This document shows positions 43,470-55,240 of a DNA stretch of 64,000 nucleotides, piece by piece. Under the pieces are notes generated by a model, which saw nothing but the letters and a program-made list of their open reading frames with translations, was not told the DNA's origin and did no database searches. The position numbers and the translations under genes were made by a program. The first letter of the stretch is position 1. Each line of letters opens with the position of its first letter. This DNA comes from Azolla caroliniana. Taxonomy: Eukaryota > Plantae > Polypodiophyta. The DNA lies in the NCBI GenBank assembly GCA_043228905.1, contig JBHGNT010000021.1, forward strand, positions 5,704,001 to 5,768,000, in the 5' to 3' direction.

Positions 43470-46400
43470 TTAGTCATTTATCAACGATCCTCCGCCTTTC
43501 CTCTTTCGGAGCATAGCCCAAGCATGTTTGGATCGCAAACATGCAATCTTCCTAAGACTAATCCTTGATCTCAATTTTCTTCTATTATCACCATCTCGTT
43601 TTTTGTTACTATCCCCATCAACAATGTGGAGATGACCTGAAGCCTTTCCTTTATCCATTTGAACAATAGAATGAAGAGTCGAGCTCATTGTTTCAATGTT
43701 TCCGGATGCTAGATTCCCATTATGATGGAAAGTCTCGTGTTTGTTGTTTACCTCGAGATCTCTTTGGGAGCATATGCTTTGTACTTTGGCATGATATAAA
43801 CTTTGGGGATTGATATCCACATAAGAAAGATGTGTATTTCCCTTTATGGAGATAGGATTCACAAATTCTATAAAGTCTCTAAGCTCTAAGAAACAGCTAT
43901 GAAGTGAATATGAGACAAAAAATATTTTTTTCTTCACAAATGGTTTCTGTAGCATACTTCCATCCATCCTAGAAAATTGATTAGTGGAAAGCTTGGTTTT
44001 CTCCAAAACACAATATTCATATAAATCTCCATCTAGACATGTGTTTGACGTAGAAGTATTGCGTAGACTCCAGAGACCGCTAGGAACTATAGCTATTGTA
44101 GGCTTTGTTTCATTCAGCATTCGAAGTGTTTCCAATGAAATACTATATCGAGGAACTGCACAAATCCTGGTAATTGTTGTATCAGTCGTGAAAAAATCTG
44201 AAATTCCAAGCATTCTCATTGTTTGCAAACGTTCAGGCCAAACCCAAATCTGTAATTTCACGAAGAAAAGAATGTGTGAATCCAACAATTAAAACTCATA
44301 GTATCCAAGAGTGGAAACTTTGAAATTTTGAATTCATTGGTGGTTCAGAGAATATGAATGTTAGCAAGAATCTTAAATTCAAGTATATGAACCTTGGTTT
44401 GCAAAGCATTTGATATTGAAATCAGAAGCTCCTCCTTCCCCAACATATCTACTCCAAGGAGTACATCATGATCTTTATGACTGACAATTATATCAAGCAC
44501 CTGAATCCTTTCATTCAATATATGAGAGAGATTAATGCTTCAGATAAGTTTGCTGAAAAGAAAATCTCTCACTATGCAACCCTCTTCATTCAATACACCA
44601 TGAAACATAAACAAGCTTTTAAGATATCAATCCTGATTTAGGGTCCTTTTCTTGTCCCCAAAAATTAGCATCATTATTCTCCTTATGCACATTGAAAACT
44701 TGGTCATTTTATTTTTTCTTCCTGAGAGACGAATAGCACTATCATTCTACTCGTTCACATTGAGCATTATAATCAGTTTCTTACCCTCCTTTCCAGCAAC
44801 CATAAATTGATTCAAAGGTTTACATATATTGCATGATGCATATAGCAATTAATTTCGAATTTAAATTTATCAAATTTTTCTGATTTCCTCATTCAGTGTA
44901 TGCCTTCTTTTCATAGAGGCAAGCTGTTTCTCATATTATGAGATGCTTAAGAAATAACTTTTAAGGTTTGAAGGCAAATATATGGAACTTCGGAATCCAG
45001 ATACTATGTTAAAGAGTGAGACCAATATAAGATGCATTTCATACTTTCTCCATGGTACATACTTCAACGCATTCACTATAATGCATGAACAAGGCAGAAT
45101 TTGGAAGAAACCTGTTGAGCAGCAACATGGCGAGGAGGAAAAGAGATTCGTGCATTGCAAAAAGTGTTGTCCAAGCAAAGGAGATCCACACGGGAACTAG
45201 AAATAGCATTAGCAATGCCATGTTTCATTATCTCGACTTTTGGGCTGCCAGATTCCCATCGAAAATCTCCAGTGTGGAAAATGCAACCAAAAGGACCACG
45301 GAAAATAAACATAACAGAACCTGATAAGGAAATATTCCAAAGACCAAGTCACGGATTTGAAATCATCACGATGTGAGGAGCCTATTTGAAACCACTTAAA
45401 TGGCAAAGACAAATACTGTTAAGAAAAATGGGAACTGTTTCAAAGAACATATCGATTATTTGAAATCACCACCATGAAAGGCAGATGAAATCCAAATATG
45501 AGAGACAAAAGCAGATATGTTGAAGAACGATTCATAAAAAAAAAGGAAAGTGTTTAACGAACACAATAACAATTTGTAATCATCATTATCATAAGAGCTA
45601 CTAGAAAACCAAAGTTAAGTTCAGATTGCATGAAATAGCAGACATATTGAAGGAGAAAGAACCACGTTGCAAAAAGAAAGGAAATAACAGAAGCACAATG
45701 TAAATTACCATGATTAAATGTACCAAAATGCTGACATTTCAACCAAATGACAGAAATGAGACACCCTGAAGAAGAATGAAAGAAGAAACACCAAATTTCA
45801 TAAAGGAAAAAGGAACATTATAGAGGAAAGCCAGTGTACCAAATCGAGATTGCAATGAAACAGTGGACATATTAAAAGAGAACAAACAATGTTGCCAAAA
45901 AAAACATCAAGGATTTGAAATCACCATGATGAAATGTACCAAAAAGCCAACATTTCAAGCAAATAACAGAGTTAAGGGCACACATTGAAGAAGTGTGAAT
46001 AAAGAAACACCATTTCAGAACGAAAAATGAAACATTGTAGAAAAAAGTTAATGTACCAAATCCAGATTGCAATGAAACAGCAGACATATTGAAGGACGAA
46101 GAACAATGCTATGAAAAGAAAAATAAAATAAAAATATCATGGACTTGAAATTACCATGATGAAACTTCCCAAAAAGCTGACATGTCAACCAAATCACAGA
46201 GAAAAGGACCACACAATGAAGACAAACGAACAAAGAAACACCTCAATTCCGGAAAGAAAAAAGAGCATTACAGATGAAAGCCAGTTAACCAAATATAGAT
46301 TGCAATGAACCAGTTGAAGGAGAAAGAATAATATTGCCAAAAGGAAAAGCACAAAAACGACATGAATTTGAAGTTACCATGATGAAACGTACCAAAAGGC

Positions 46401-47694
46401 CAACATTTCAACCAAATGACAGAGAAAAGGACACGCATGGAAGAAAAATGAACAAAGAAACACCTAAATTTAGAAATTAAAAATGAGCATTCTAGAGGAA
46501 AGTCATGTATCATGTCAAACTCCAATATAAATGACAGAGGAAATCAGACATTGAAGAACTTTTAAGACAAAACTATGTTTCAGAAAGATAGCAAGTGATG
46601 GACCCGTGAAGGATTTGAAATCATCATAATGAAAGGAACCAAAAAGGAAAATTGCAACCAGATCATAGAGAAAATTACAGACATTGGAGAACTTTTGATT
46701 CAAAAGCCTAAATTACAGAAGGAACATGGAACAGTATCCTGAGAGAGAGAGAGAGACAAACAAGATAGCAGTTTGATGCCAGATGCAGATGACAGATAAA
46801 AGTGGGCATATTAAAGAATGACAGAGAGAAACCTTAATTGTAGAAAGAAAAAGAATGGTAGACACATTAACGATTGAAATTATCATAAAAAAACATGTCA
46901 GAAAGCCAGAATTGCAACCAAATAGCAAAAAAAAGCAGGTATGATTTGAAGAATTAATGAGAAAAAATTTATTTATGTTAAATATCTCAAAGAACATATG
47001 AATCGCAACCAAACAGCAGTGAATAGCAGACATAGTAAAGAACGATTGAAGGAGAAAACTAGTTTTTTAGAAAAAGAGGAGCATGTAAAATTCAGGCACT
47101 CGAAATGAAACCTACTCAGGAATTCAAACTTCAACCAGATATATAGCAAAATAAACAGCTCTCGAACAAAGAAATATTACTGAAGAAATGCAGTATAACA
47201 GTACAAAATGACAGAGAAAAGAAGATTTAAAGGGCAAGAAAGACAGAGAGAGGGAAGCAGAAATGACAGATAGAAACAAACAGTTATATTGAAGCTGGAT
47301 GGAAAAAAGTTAAAAATAGAAGAAGACAAAGCATACCAGGACAATGATCGGCATCAATGGCAGTAACTTCAAGGAGATGATCATGATTCGGGATGGAGAT
47401 GAGCGAGGGGATCCCAAGAGGTAAACTGTGAATGAGGGATCGATCGAAAGCAGGGAATTTGAGAAGGATCAAATCAGAAGTGATAGAAGAACAGTAGATC
47501 GGTCCTTTCTGCCAGCTTTCAGAGAGACCTTTCGTATGATCGGAGTGAAGGTGAGTGAGGAAGAAGAGCTTGTAGTTATTCTTGTTGCAAGACCATCTGT
47601 CCACACAGAAAAGAAGGTCATCTTCTCGAACTTCTCTTGATGCCCTTCCATCTCTACCTGCCTTCCCTTCTCTTCCTGAGTCTGCAGCTTCCAT
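43470..47694 (-). CDS. SNM1B/Apollo-like 5' exonuclease (metallo-beta-lactamase/beta-CASP), four exons
   Basis: Exons 47694-47337, 45320-45112, 44500-44393 and 44249-43470, all with GT-AG boundaries in frame. Motifs FLTHLHSDH, DADHCPG, HTGDFR, LDNTF, LGKEELL and YSLHS. Confidence 0.9.
45550..46640. repeat. Degenerate ~220-bp tandem repeat in intron 1 of the Apollo-like gene (four or more copies)
   Basis: Core ACCATGATGAAAYGTACCAAAA...CATTTCAACCAAATGACAGA recurs at about 45708, 45923, 46153 and 46376. Confidence 0.8.
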
Positions 47695-47888
47695 GGGAGG
47701 GGTGGGGGCTTCGGATTAGGGTTCGTGCATCGCCTCTGCTGATTATCCTTTTCTCTCTCTGTTCGTATTTTGAATTTGAAAAAGAAAACGACATATATGT
47801 ATCTGTGTTCCTGAGTATGCCCCTGGCCGTTTCCAAAATTACAGATGATACCCCTACAGCCAAAGGCTTTTAGCACTTTCTCTTCTTT

Positions 47889-48260
47889 GGTCTTATACAT
47901 AGTACATACATACATCATATGTATATGTATGCTGATCACGTGGTTATCTTTTCATATGATGCCGGTGGTATCACTCAAGCCGTTAAACCTTCTTTAAACG
48001 GTTTGATAGTTTGGCGCTTCGGCTCGACTACGTTAAGGCCTGAGATTCCTTGATTGGTTTGAGTTCGGTCTTATACATAGTACATACATATATCATATGT
48101 ATATCATATATATATATGTATGCAGATCACGTGGTTATCTTTTCATATGATGTCGATGGTATCACTCAAGCCGTTAAACCTTCTTTAAACGGTTTGATAG
48201 TTTCGCGCTTCGGCTCGACTACGTTAAGGCCTGAGATTCCTTGATTGGTTTGAGTTCGGT
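47889..48260. repeat. Tandem duplication (~180-190 bp x2) in the Apollo-like promoter
   Basis: GGTCTTATACATAGTAC...TTTGAGTTCGGT at 47889-48066 and 48067-48260, near identical. Confidence 0.9.
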
Positions 48261-48460
48261 TTGGGATGGCTCAAGCCGAACTGAACTCTTTGGGTTAAAT
48301 TGGTTCCCAAACCGGTTAAAGCTTTAATCAGTTTCGCTAAACTAGTTTAGGAGCTACTTCAGTTCAAGTTTGAAAACTCCCAAAACTATTAAGGCTTAAT
48401 CAGTTTGGTTTGGACAAGGCCAAATCGAATAAGACAAAACCAAACCATTGATGATTCCTA
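48250..48460. mobile_element. hAT-like MITE end
   Basis: AACCG/GGTTT subterminal motifs ending CCATTGATGATTCCTA, related to CCATTGCCGATTCCTA at 51719-51734. Confidence 0.45.
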
Positions 48461-48559
48461 TAAAGTAGGCACTAACTATACATGTGGATAAAACAAAAAT
48501 GATAGTAGTGCAAACCCTCCAGCCTCACTAATGCCCTATGCTTGCCTATCAGGAAAGAA

Positions 48560-49120
48560 CATGTACAATTTGTACAAAGCTTTGAGTATGTATCTAGTAT
48601 CAATATAGCTACCACAAATAAATGGTAGCGTATGCTTTGAGTCTAAAGTCTAGACTTCAAGCTGCTTGGGAAAGTCATTATATGCTGGAAAACTAATGCA
48701 ACGACGCTGATACTTATGGATGGGAAGTGAAACTAATGTTAGTAAATGCCATGGTACCACAAGTTTTGCTTAATGGAGAAGAAATGTGGCGAGGCACTAT
48801 CTTTCTTAATGCGTGGGATTACATTGAGAAGATTCAAAAGATGTTTTTAAGAAGACTATTTGGAGTTAAATCCACCACCTCCTACCAAGTTATGCTCTTA
48901 GAAACATGTGTTGGACCTATAGAGATATTGGCGCTACAAAAAGTATATCAATACATTACAGAAGTCACAAATATGTTGAATCATACTTTACCACACGTTG
49001 CTTGCAATGTTAGATGTAAACTACAAAAGAATCACAAAGAGTAGTTGACATTAAGAAAATGGTTCAAAATATAGGATGTGGAATATCTCGTAGAGGTTTC
49101 AAGTGATGCTATGGAAAATT
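48560..49120 (+). pseudogene. Degraded non-LTR retrotransposon RT C-terminal fragment
   Basis: ORF 48727-49044 (VLLNGEEMW...IEKIQKMFLRRLFGVKSTTSYQVMLLET) resembles the post-RT region of LINEs. Confidence 0.6.
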
Positions 49121-49886
49121 AATGAAACCAATAAGGAATAACTGAAAAGCTCCTAAAAGGATAAAACTAGAATATGGGATAGCACAACATTATCATATCC
49201 ACATTCTTCATTCAAAAACAATCCAGAGAATTTATTTGAAGCCATCAGCTAACCACATAATATATAGCACCTGCTCCTTTATCTAACAGGCTCAGTGGCA
49301 AGAATGACTTTCCAATCAAACACATTCATAAGCCTGATTATATTAGTTTTCTATGTACCCAAACACAAAATTAGTTGGAGCTTCCTAGAGACTAGCATGC
49401 CATTTACAGTAATCACCAAGTTTATATACATAAACTCCAAAAACTCTCATTGACAGGAAAATTAGTTTTCTATTACAAGTACCATATGTCAGCTTAGCTT
49501 TATTTTTCCAATTAATCCAGACCCAATTCAGTAATGGTGCCTGAAACCAACACCACATACACTTAAATTTTCAATTGGAGATTGAAGGTAATATTAACAA
49601 ATTTCCACATATATCACCTAATTTCATTGCTGGAAAAGATTAAGCACCTTCCTCAATGATCATGACCAAAAATATCAAGAATCTTCACTCATATTCAGCA
49701 CTCAAGGGAATACTCTTCAGCTAATCATGTCACTTTCAGGTGGACAAAAGAAGCATATAGACCATGAAATCCAAAGTCAATTTTGTTTACAAGACTAAAT
49801 GACTCAAAGACAATGATAAAGGCAATAACTAAGAGATTAAAATTCTATTATTAACCACGTTCAAAGCAGGTAAAAAAATGCAATGG

Positions 49887-51508
49887 TCAAGGAAAATAGT
49901 CCGCCCAATTCTGGTAGTATGCATCCCTTTCATTCCGGTGCATGAATTTATTCCACTGCAAATCAATAAACAAACCAATAAAATGAATTATTAGAAACAA
50001 TATTGAGAATACTATCGATAAACAAGTCAATCAAACAAAACTCAATGATAATTTCAAGGCTACCATCCATAAACAAACCAATATGATCGAAAGTTAATAA
50101 CAATTTCCAGATTACTACCTGAAGAAACAAACTGATACAATAAAAAAAGTTACCCAACCGATGGTGATTCACTTAACTTTCCTTTCCTCTCAAAGTTAAT
50201 ATAATGGTTCTTTTTCTTTTTCTCATTCATTAAGTTCTTATGAATTTTGAAACCAGCATATAAAGAAAAGAAGAAGAGCAGGATGAAGTATTTACTTACC
50301 AGAGGTACATATCTCTGCTTTTTCTTCAAAGCTTGCTTAAATCTGTGGTTCTCACACATCATGGCAAGGTCATGCCAACTACAAAAATAAAAACAATAAT
50401 AAATAAAGGGAAGTATCTGCAAAAATGACTAAGAAACCTAGATGAGCTACATATTTATTGTTAAAACCCCACGTGTTCAAATAAACTTGCATAAATTTCT
50501 GTAGGAAAAAACCCTTAGGAATCTAAAATAACACCACAATATTCACGAAACATAAGCTTATAAAACGAATCGTGTGCAAGTTTCTATAGGAATAAAGGTA
50601 CACAAAATAAGAGTATTTACAAAAAATAACTTAGATTTGACATAAGCCCTGCAGAAATTTTAATAAAAAAATGAAGGATCAAAACCCTTGGGAATCTAAG
50701 GCAGCACCAAAATATTGATGAAATAAAACTTTCAAAAGCAAAACCTTTGCAATTATTTACAAGAACAAAGCAATAAAATGTATATTATTGACAAAAGAAA
50801 AACTTAGACTTGACATACATCATACAGAATGACCAATGAAAATCAGTAGCAAAACCCAGAAAATAAGGGGAAAACAAAACTCGCAATTGTGCTCTACAGA
50901 AGCAAAAAAATGCACAAAAATTCCGTCAGAATAAGAATACAGTAAGAGAACTAAGAATATTAACAACCTGCACATAAGGCAACACCACGTTTCATAGACT
51001 ACTAGTATCTATACAACTCAATCTATTTTACTAATAACGAAATCTATATTATATACTTCAGAGAGAAAAATAGCCATAGCAGAAAATGATGCAACGGAAA
51101 ATGAAAAATATACTTAAGAGGATATTTTCACAACTCTTCAGACAAATAAAAGGGACAGAGATATGAATGAAAGAAAGAAAGAAACGGAATTAAACAGAAG
51201 AAGACGAAACAAGGAGAAAATGCAAGAACCAGAAAAAATGGAGAGAAAGAAAGGCAAGGAACACAAAACAAACGGGAGAACGGAGAAGATGAACAAACAA
51301 AATAGAAGAAGATATCCGACTCTTCAGATTGCTTCTTCCTGACATACTTGTAGTGATTGTTGCATTGCTGCCAGTAGTAAGGGCAGACGAGAGAGTATGC
51401 AGAAGCAGTGACACATCCCCAGAAGATGTTGGTGAAGCCATCCTTCCCTGAGTGAGGGATGCCAGGGTCTCCTCCATACGCAGGTCCAAACATCTTCTCC
51501 ATAGCCAC
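49887..51508 (-). CDS. Small conserved land-plant protein of unknown function (102 aa, three exons, one hydrophobic segment)
   Basis: Exons 51508-51348, 50378-50300 and 49955-49887 splice in frame to give MAMEKMFGPAYGGDPGIPHS...PYYWQQCNNHYNWHDLAMMCENHRFKQALKKKQRYVPLWNKFMHRNERDAYYQNWADYFP*. Confidence 0.82.
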
Positions 51509-51614
51509 AGGCCGACCTCTTCCTCTTCCTCTTCCTCTCCTTCTCTGTCTTCTTCTTCTTCTTCTTCTCGCCTTTCCTTCTTTATCTGCAACCGGAGTTC
51601 GCAGAGAAAATAAA

Positions 51615-51742
51615 CTCGAGGTCTACCGGTTAAGGAAGCTCAAGCCTAAACCGAACTGAACCGAACCTTCAAACCGTTTTCAAAAAGCTTTAACGGTTCG
51701 GTGTAGGCTTGAGTTGAGCCATTGCCGATTCCTACTCGAGGA
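51615..51742. mobile_element. hAT-like MITE remnant with internal inverted repeat
   Basis: Inverted repeat CTCAAGCCTAAACCGAAC / GTTCGGTGTAGGCTTGAG at 51639-51713. End GCCGATTCCTA, with flanking CTCGAGG direct repeats. Confidence 0.5.
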
Positions 51743-54700
51743 GTAAAAAGGTTGAGTTTCGGATAATTATCAAAATGCCCCTGCCTTGCCCCTTTTCATA
51801 AAATTAAAGGAGCAAGGGATTTAGTTAGTTAATCAAACATATATTATACATATCATCGACTTAACAAGCCAATACATGTCCTCTTCAGTTAACAGAAAGC
51901 CATCTGACTGACTAACTACCCATAATGACCTCCTAATTAGCCATCAATCTCTCCCAATTACTGCACATAGAAATTTGGATGTGGAAATTTACTTGCCTAC
52001 GCCTTTGCTTACCATATTAAAGAATGTCGTCCAAAAACATGATAGTTATAGCTACATATAGGCCAAAATATTAAGAGGTCTTTGAACATGATTCCAATCT
52101 AATACATTCGTGTAATGTTATATGCTTGGCTTTCAAATAACAGGTTTCTTTCCATCCCAAAGTAAGTATTCGAAGTTTTCAACTTCAAATACTATCCCTA
52201 CATATATATAATGGAAAAACTGAAAATTTGCCAAGATGCACCTCGATTTTCACAAAGTACCCTCTACTATCCCTATCGTAATAGTCTATGTTCCAAAATA
52301 CACTCACTTTGCTTAGAACAAGAGTCATCTTGAGAAAATATAGAAGCCATGCATGTGGGGCACACGTCTTTTGAATAGAGGACACTCTTTCCTAACGCTC
52401 TTTTTGGGTCCGGTCAATCATGTGTCTTGCCTCCCAAGCCCATTAAAAATGTTTGCATTGTTTTCTCACACATTCAGTAATTCAAGTAGTGTAAGTATAT
52501 AAGTATATATATATAATTGAAGCATATTTCCATGAGAAGAGGTAGAGAGGATTCACATTTTATTTTTTTGTAGGTAAAATGTTTGCTGTGATAATTGGCA
52601 AGAGCGAGATGGTTGTTGTGGACTAAATGAAGCTGATTTTCTGTTTTTACTAGGATGAGTGATGACAGTATGGGGGCCGAAGCATATCATGAGGAGATGA
52701 GGAAACATTCTAGACTCATTGTGTTGTTGTTTGTACAAGACCGTGGCAGAAATCAACGAGATGGTTGATGCTGACTAAATAAAGCACATTTTTGTTTTGT
52801 GATAAGGATGAGTGAAGATGGTGTGGGGGTCGAAGCATATTTTCTTGAGGAGATGAGGACACTATATCATTTTGTTGTTATAGGTACATGATTTTGGTGG
52901 TAACCGTCGACATGGCTGATGTGAGAACATGAAGGTTGTGATAAAGCAGAGTGTTGATGGTATGGAGGTTTCATAGAAGTATATTCTCGATGATCGTGGA
53001 GATGAAGGAGATGGTCAGTTTCGACATGGGAGAGGATAGTTGTGGGCTATCCAAGGTAGCCCACAATGTTTTATTCCAAGGTGGAGAATAGGTTAAAGGA
53101 AAGCAAAGGAAAATTGTTTTCATTGGGGAACTAAAGGACATGCTCACATTCGAACGGAGGACAAATTCTATGTTCATTACATGTAAGATGTCTCATGGTA
53201 TTCCTTTTTGGTCTTTCACTTCCATTAGTTGTGGTTTTCAGAGATCATCATGGCTACAACCACTGCAATGTTTTTAGTCTAGTCATTTCATCATGTATGC
53301 AAAATTCTACTAATGAAGAATATTTTTTTGGGGAATAAATAAATAAATAAAAATCACACGAAACTTAATCGTCTAAGCTAAAATTCAATAATTCCTAACA
53401 CAATCTTGTTATTTTATTATTACCATTTCTCGCCCTTCCCTAAACCTTCATTTCCGAACTTCTTCCCTGCTAAAACTAACACCACTCTATGGTCCATCTT
53501 TGTTGGATTAATTGTATATGATACTTAGATAGTGTTGTCTCAAGGGGGAGTGAAATAAGGATGTATTTTGGTCACTCAAGAGAAAACAAACAACTTTATT
53601 TTACACTTGATTTGCCCATGTCAATCCACCATAGAAACATTGGTGCTCTCAACTCTTGCATTATCACCGTGAACATGTGACTAGAGAGCTTCTTCATCGT
53701 GACGATTTATTGGTTAAACATTAAGTTCATGACTAGAATTGATAAATGTGGATTGTGCACAAGCATCCTAGTTCCCTTTTTGAAAGGCTTGGCACATTGT
53801 CAAAGAAATGAACATCAAAATCTCAAGAAAGATAGGAATGACCAACTCTTTTACACATGGCAAGCTCTAATGTGAGTTTGCTAAAGGACAAAGGAACGAA
53901 AGACCTAACCATGGTATGCTTCACCTAGTTCTTGCATACACATAAATGTCACTTAAATTGCATGAGTAAGACCTAACCATGGTAGACTTCATCTAGTTTT
54001 GCATAGACATAGATATCATGTAAATTGCATGGGTATGGGATACATGTCATTATATCAATATCAAGCCATGCTAAGTTCACTAGGAAGACTTTCCCTATTG
54101 TGTAACTCAATGTTGGGATTAACAAGAAAATTCACAAACTATGAAAAACGAGTGTAGCTTGTTTTTACATGGCAACTTTGATTGGACATCACAAGTAGAT
54201 AAGGAAACAAGCAACGTGGGTATTCGATGCATTCAACATGGGTATTAGACATTGATTGGAATTTGTATGCAATTTGAAATATGGACAACCTAAGCAATGT
54301 TGGACAATTGCACCATGCTTCCATACACATGCACATAGAATTGATTGCTACAACCACAAGTAAGCAAGATAGCCCATGCATGGGGTAATGTACTTCATTA
54401 TAAAAGAACAACGCAACTATATTATACATAGCTTGCCACTTATACAATCTCACAAGAAGAAGACAATCATATATTGGAATTTCGCACATCCTATTATTCC
54501 AAACGGGAGATGCTTCTATCAAGTTATCATGTGTACACACACAACATATAGAAACACGTGGTCATACATACTGTAATCACATATCATAGTTGGTATCAAC
54601 AACGATGATCAACGAACAATGACGATCGAAGAATGGAGGGTGACTGAGGCAACACACAATCTTTTTTATGGAGATGGCAATCTAAATTTGGGGGGGAGTG

Positions 54701-55120
54701 GGGGGGCTAAAGAAGGAAAGGGAGAACTAAAAATATAGAGACACAAAGAAAGAAGTAGAGCTGCTGCTATTGATACTTCTGCTACATATAGATAGTAGAT
54801 ATGTAGACATATGTACATATTATATATATATATATATATATATACATATATGTACATAATACATATATGTACTGTGTACATATAGATATATATATGTATA
54901 TATAAATAGATAGATAGATATTAGAGAGAGACCTACAGACACACACACACACACAAAAGAAGAAGGAGGAGGAAGAAGAGATGGTCGCATATTACTCATA
55001 AAAATGTTGCCTCTCTTTCCAGAGGCCGAAATCTCTCTCTTTCTTCTACAGAAGAAACGCATTCCTTAGATACAAAAATCAGAACCTGCAAATCCACTAG
55101 CCCCAAGCATTGAATTCCTT

Positions 55121-55164
<44 letters not shown>

Positions 55165-55240
55165 GAGATGAGTTATTCCTTCTGATTCTCGTCCTGAAAA
55201 CTCGTCTCCCCACCTTCGAGCTCTCTCTCTCTCTATCTCA

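Noticed and set aside
52500-54600. PPT-like CAAGGGGGAG and pol-like traces
   Set aside because: Too degraded to delimit, and no paired LTRs or TSD were found.
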